Shown here: one piece after another, positions 61,544-64,000 of the stretch | How the letters are laid out: every line of letters starts with the position of its first letter | Position numbering within the stretch: position 1 is the stretch's first letter | DNA from: Cystobasidiomycetes sp. EMM_F5 | Taxonomy: Eukaryota | NCBI GenBank assembly: GCA_051047955.1 | Contig: JBPGPT010000006.1 | Coordinates: forward strand, 310,001-374,000 | Direction of reading: 5' to 3' | DNA: 64,000 nucleotides | Made by a program: the position numbers and the translations under genes | The notes under the pieces: model-generated | What the model was told of the DNA's origin: nothing | The model's database searches: none | Seen by the model: only the letters and a program-made list of their open reading frames with translations

Positions 61544-62633
61544 ATGGCTCATCACGAGCCAAAGCACACGGTCGGAGTTCAAGCTAGTCATGCGCCGCTC
61601 AACGGCAATCAGCTTGAACAACAGCCGAGCGTAAGCTCCCAAGCAGGCCTTCTCCACAATGGCGGTGGCGGACAACCCATTGGACGAGGGATGTCTATAA
61701 CTCTCAGTATGTCGCAGATGCTCAGTCCTGTGAGTATCCCTGACGCGAACTATATGAATCTGTAGCCCCCGAACAGTTTGAACAGCTATACTTGCAACCC
61801 GGAGGCGTCGGCGGTAAAGGAGACCTGTCAAAGCGTTTCGGTAATCCCACACCACTGTGAGTCTTGTACGGGATGAGAAGAAATGACCTAATTCTCCTTT
61901 ACTCAGCGGTATTGCCGGGTTCTTGTTGTGCTTGACACCATTTTCCATGTATGCAATGGGCTTCGGCGCTTGTAAGCAGATCCGATAGCGGTTGCAACGC
62001 GGGAAACATCTGACATGCGACCCCTCAATCTAGCCAACGCAACTTCGGCTGTCGGTCAGACCGGTCCCTACATAGCCCTTGGTGGCGTGTGCATGATCCT
62101 GGCGGGTATCATGGAGTGGATTCTGGGCAACACCTTCCCTTTCGTCGTATTTACGACTTTTGGCGGATTCTGGATATCTTTTGGCATTCTACAGTCCCCG
62201 GCTACCGGCATTGCCAATGCGGTCGGAACCTCCGGAGCCGCTGCCTTCAATGGCGGGTTGGCAATCTACTTGGTCTGCTGGGGAGTCTTGAATTTCATAT
62301 AGTGAGCATATGTCCGCGTATTCGCAATTAATCTGCTGAGTGGCGCGTGTCTTGCCTTCCACCAGCTTACTGGGTTCGCTTCGAACCAATATTGCATTCG
62401 TGATTCTGTTCTTCACCCTCGATCTTGCCTTCTTCCTCTTGGCATCTGCATACTTCCGTATTGCTGATGGTCGAACGGATTATGGCCCACTTCTCCAAGC
62501 GGGAGGTGCATGCGCATTCGTGACGACTCTATGCGGCTGGTGGATCATGCTGTGTCTCATACTTGGCAGTACTGGAATGCCATTCAACGTTCCACTGGGT
62601 GATCTTTCGGGCTTCTTAGCTAAGAAGAAATGA
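61544..62633 (+). CDS. GPR1/FUN34/YaaH (Ato/SatP) family transporter, AlcS-type
   Basis: LTPEQFEQLYLQP..KRFGNPTPLGIAGFLLCLTP, GIMEWILGNTFPFVVFTTFGGFW, SLRTNIAF, PLGDLS. Confidence 0.92.
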
Positions 62634-62866
62634 AGATTTCAAGGAGAGATTGATGCAAGGAGAACGATGGAAAGACGCAAGGCGTATACTCGCGCGAGTC
62701 AGAAACGGACGCAATAATGGTACCCAGAAGGAGATTATGAAGAGCAAGGGTAATAAATTGTTAGCATAGTGTAGCAAGAGGACTGAGATTAGCGGCCAAG
62801 CACTAAGAAATCGCGAAAGGATGGTAAAGGCATGAAATGACTTTCAAATTATCGCGGGTCGAGGTC

Positions 62867-64000
62867 TCACTCAGCTACCACAGCATGGATGACCGCAATA
62901 AGAGCATCGTCAGTTTCGGCCGCTTTCTGATTCTGCTGGGGACATGTCTCTTGCTCGTTGCGGCGTACGGTGCGCTGCGATGGTGCCCTGAAATCAGCAT
63001 GGGCTGATATCGCGTCGTGCAGCGATATCGTCTCAACCGCTGGCATTATTTTCTGAGGTGGGCTGAGAGTAATATACTTGCATGCTTGCCTCGCGCTGAA
63101 GGGTGCGTCGTGCTTGCGTCGTGTCTAGGCCACGCTACAAATTGTCGGATCGTTCCTGTTGCTGTGTGCTGGCGTCGCTATGACGGCTCCTACGCTGAAG
63201 CCGATAACATGGCAAGCGGAATTGAGGAAGCAGTACGGCCGAGTTGTCCTTGAATGGTCAGCAGTTCCTGCTAATCAACCTCGCTCGCCAGTACCATAGA
63301 TCAATCAGACTCGAGGCTGGGATTTGCCGACATCCATCACAGAGGAACGATTCTCTTCAAAGACAGCTAGTATCATACAAACAACACTTGTGTACATCTG
63401 TCACAGTCATCGCCGCACGGCTGCATACCCAGTCTCGGTCATTCTCGGTTGAGCTTCTTGAGCTGGTCGCATCAGAAATCGTCAGAGCGAGTCTGCACCG
63501 CGGTTCGTCGTTGAGGCTCACAAGCTCTCTGTCGCCTTCCGCTACACCCTCGTAGAGCTGCCGCGGTGGCACATATTCTTCAATCCTTAGATTTGGCGGA
63601 AGTGGCCGTTGTTGCGCTTGTGCTCTCCGAACCATCAATGCAGCTGTTGGGCTCCCTCTTTTAGCTGTCGACTTCGACTTCGATGTAGAGATCTTGGGTA
63701 GTATAAGGTCGTGTTTCGGGATCTCACGAGCAGGCAGGACTCGGACTTTCATGCACGCGCAAAGAGTGTACCGCATCCTAAATTTCAACGACTGAATCAG
63801 CCCGGGTCCGGTGGCCATGTATCCCATATAATCTCGCCTTGCGCATACGCTCAAGCAGTATGTCCAGAGTTGTTGGTTGATGCAAAAGCGAGAGGACGGC
63901 CATTGCTTCTTGACCGATATCTGGAAGATGATCGTCAACTATACTGCATCCAGGCTGCTGATGAAAGCAGTGACTTGCAATGACTGAGCGACTGCAAGCC
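62867..64000 (-). CDS. Probable 3' part of an unidentified multi-exon gene entering from the right edge
   Basis: Minus-strand ORF 63357-63938 with GTATGC donors; terminal frame ..AAETDDALIAVIHAVVAE* ends at 62867. Splicing not resolved. Confidence 0.35.

Noticed and set aside
61707..61735. Second donor (GTGAGT) inside the first intron of the AlcS-type gene
   Set aside because: Using it would shift the frame and leave a very short intron; no support without RNA data.
52749..62633. Secondary-metabolite cluster (GNATs, FMO, transporter)
   Set aside because: No backbone enzyme (PKS, NRPS, terpene synthase), and housekeeping NUG1 and NDUFA1 interrupt the region.

Overview
Compact, intron-rich eukaryotic DNA with about 30 protein-coding genes, mostly 50-100 nt GT-AG introns with CTRAY-type branch points, and very short intergenic gaps. 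Gene content and sequence style point to a basidiomycete yeast-like fungus (inference). Most genes are housekeeping: TFC4, ANT1, GST, ELP4, COPE, UTP25, methylisocitrate lyase, GNL1, NSE2, a USP30-like DUB, a RhoGEF, a nucleotide-sugar transporter, PDB1, an ABF2-like HMG protein, NUG1 and NDUFA1. There are also tandem methyltransferase and GNAT pairs and several orphans. I saw no rRNA, tRNA, CRISPR array or transposon. Best candidates for new biology: (1) a divergent type II FMO / AlcS-type transporter pair whose shared promoter has duplicated CCGCGG cassettes overlapped by CreA-type sites; (2) a mitochondrial protein with a YlxR/RnpM (DUF448)-like pattern; (3) a stand-alone voltage-sensor-domain protein; (4) two adjacent orphans sharing an unnamed C-terminal domain; (5) a cryptic degenerate RRM protein. 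Gene models were spliced by eye and family calls come from recalled motifs, not database searches.
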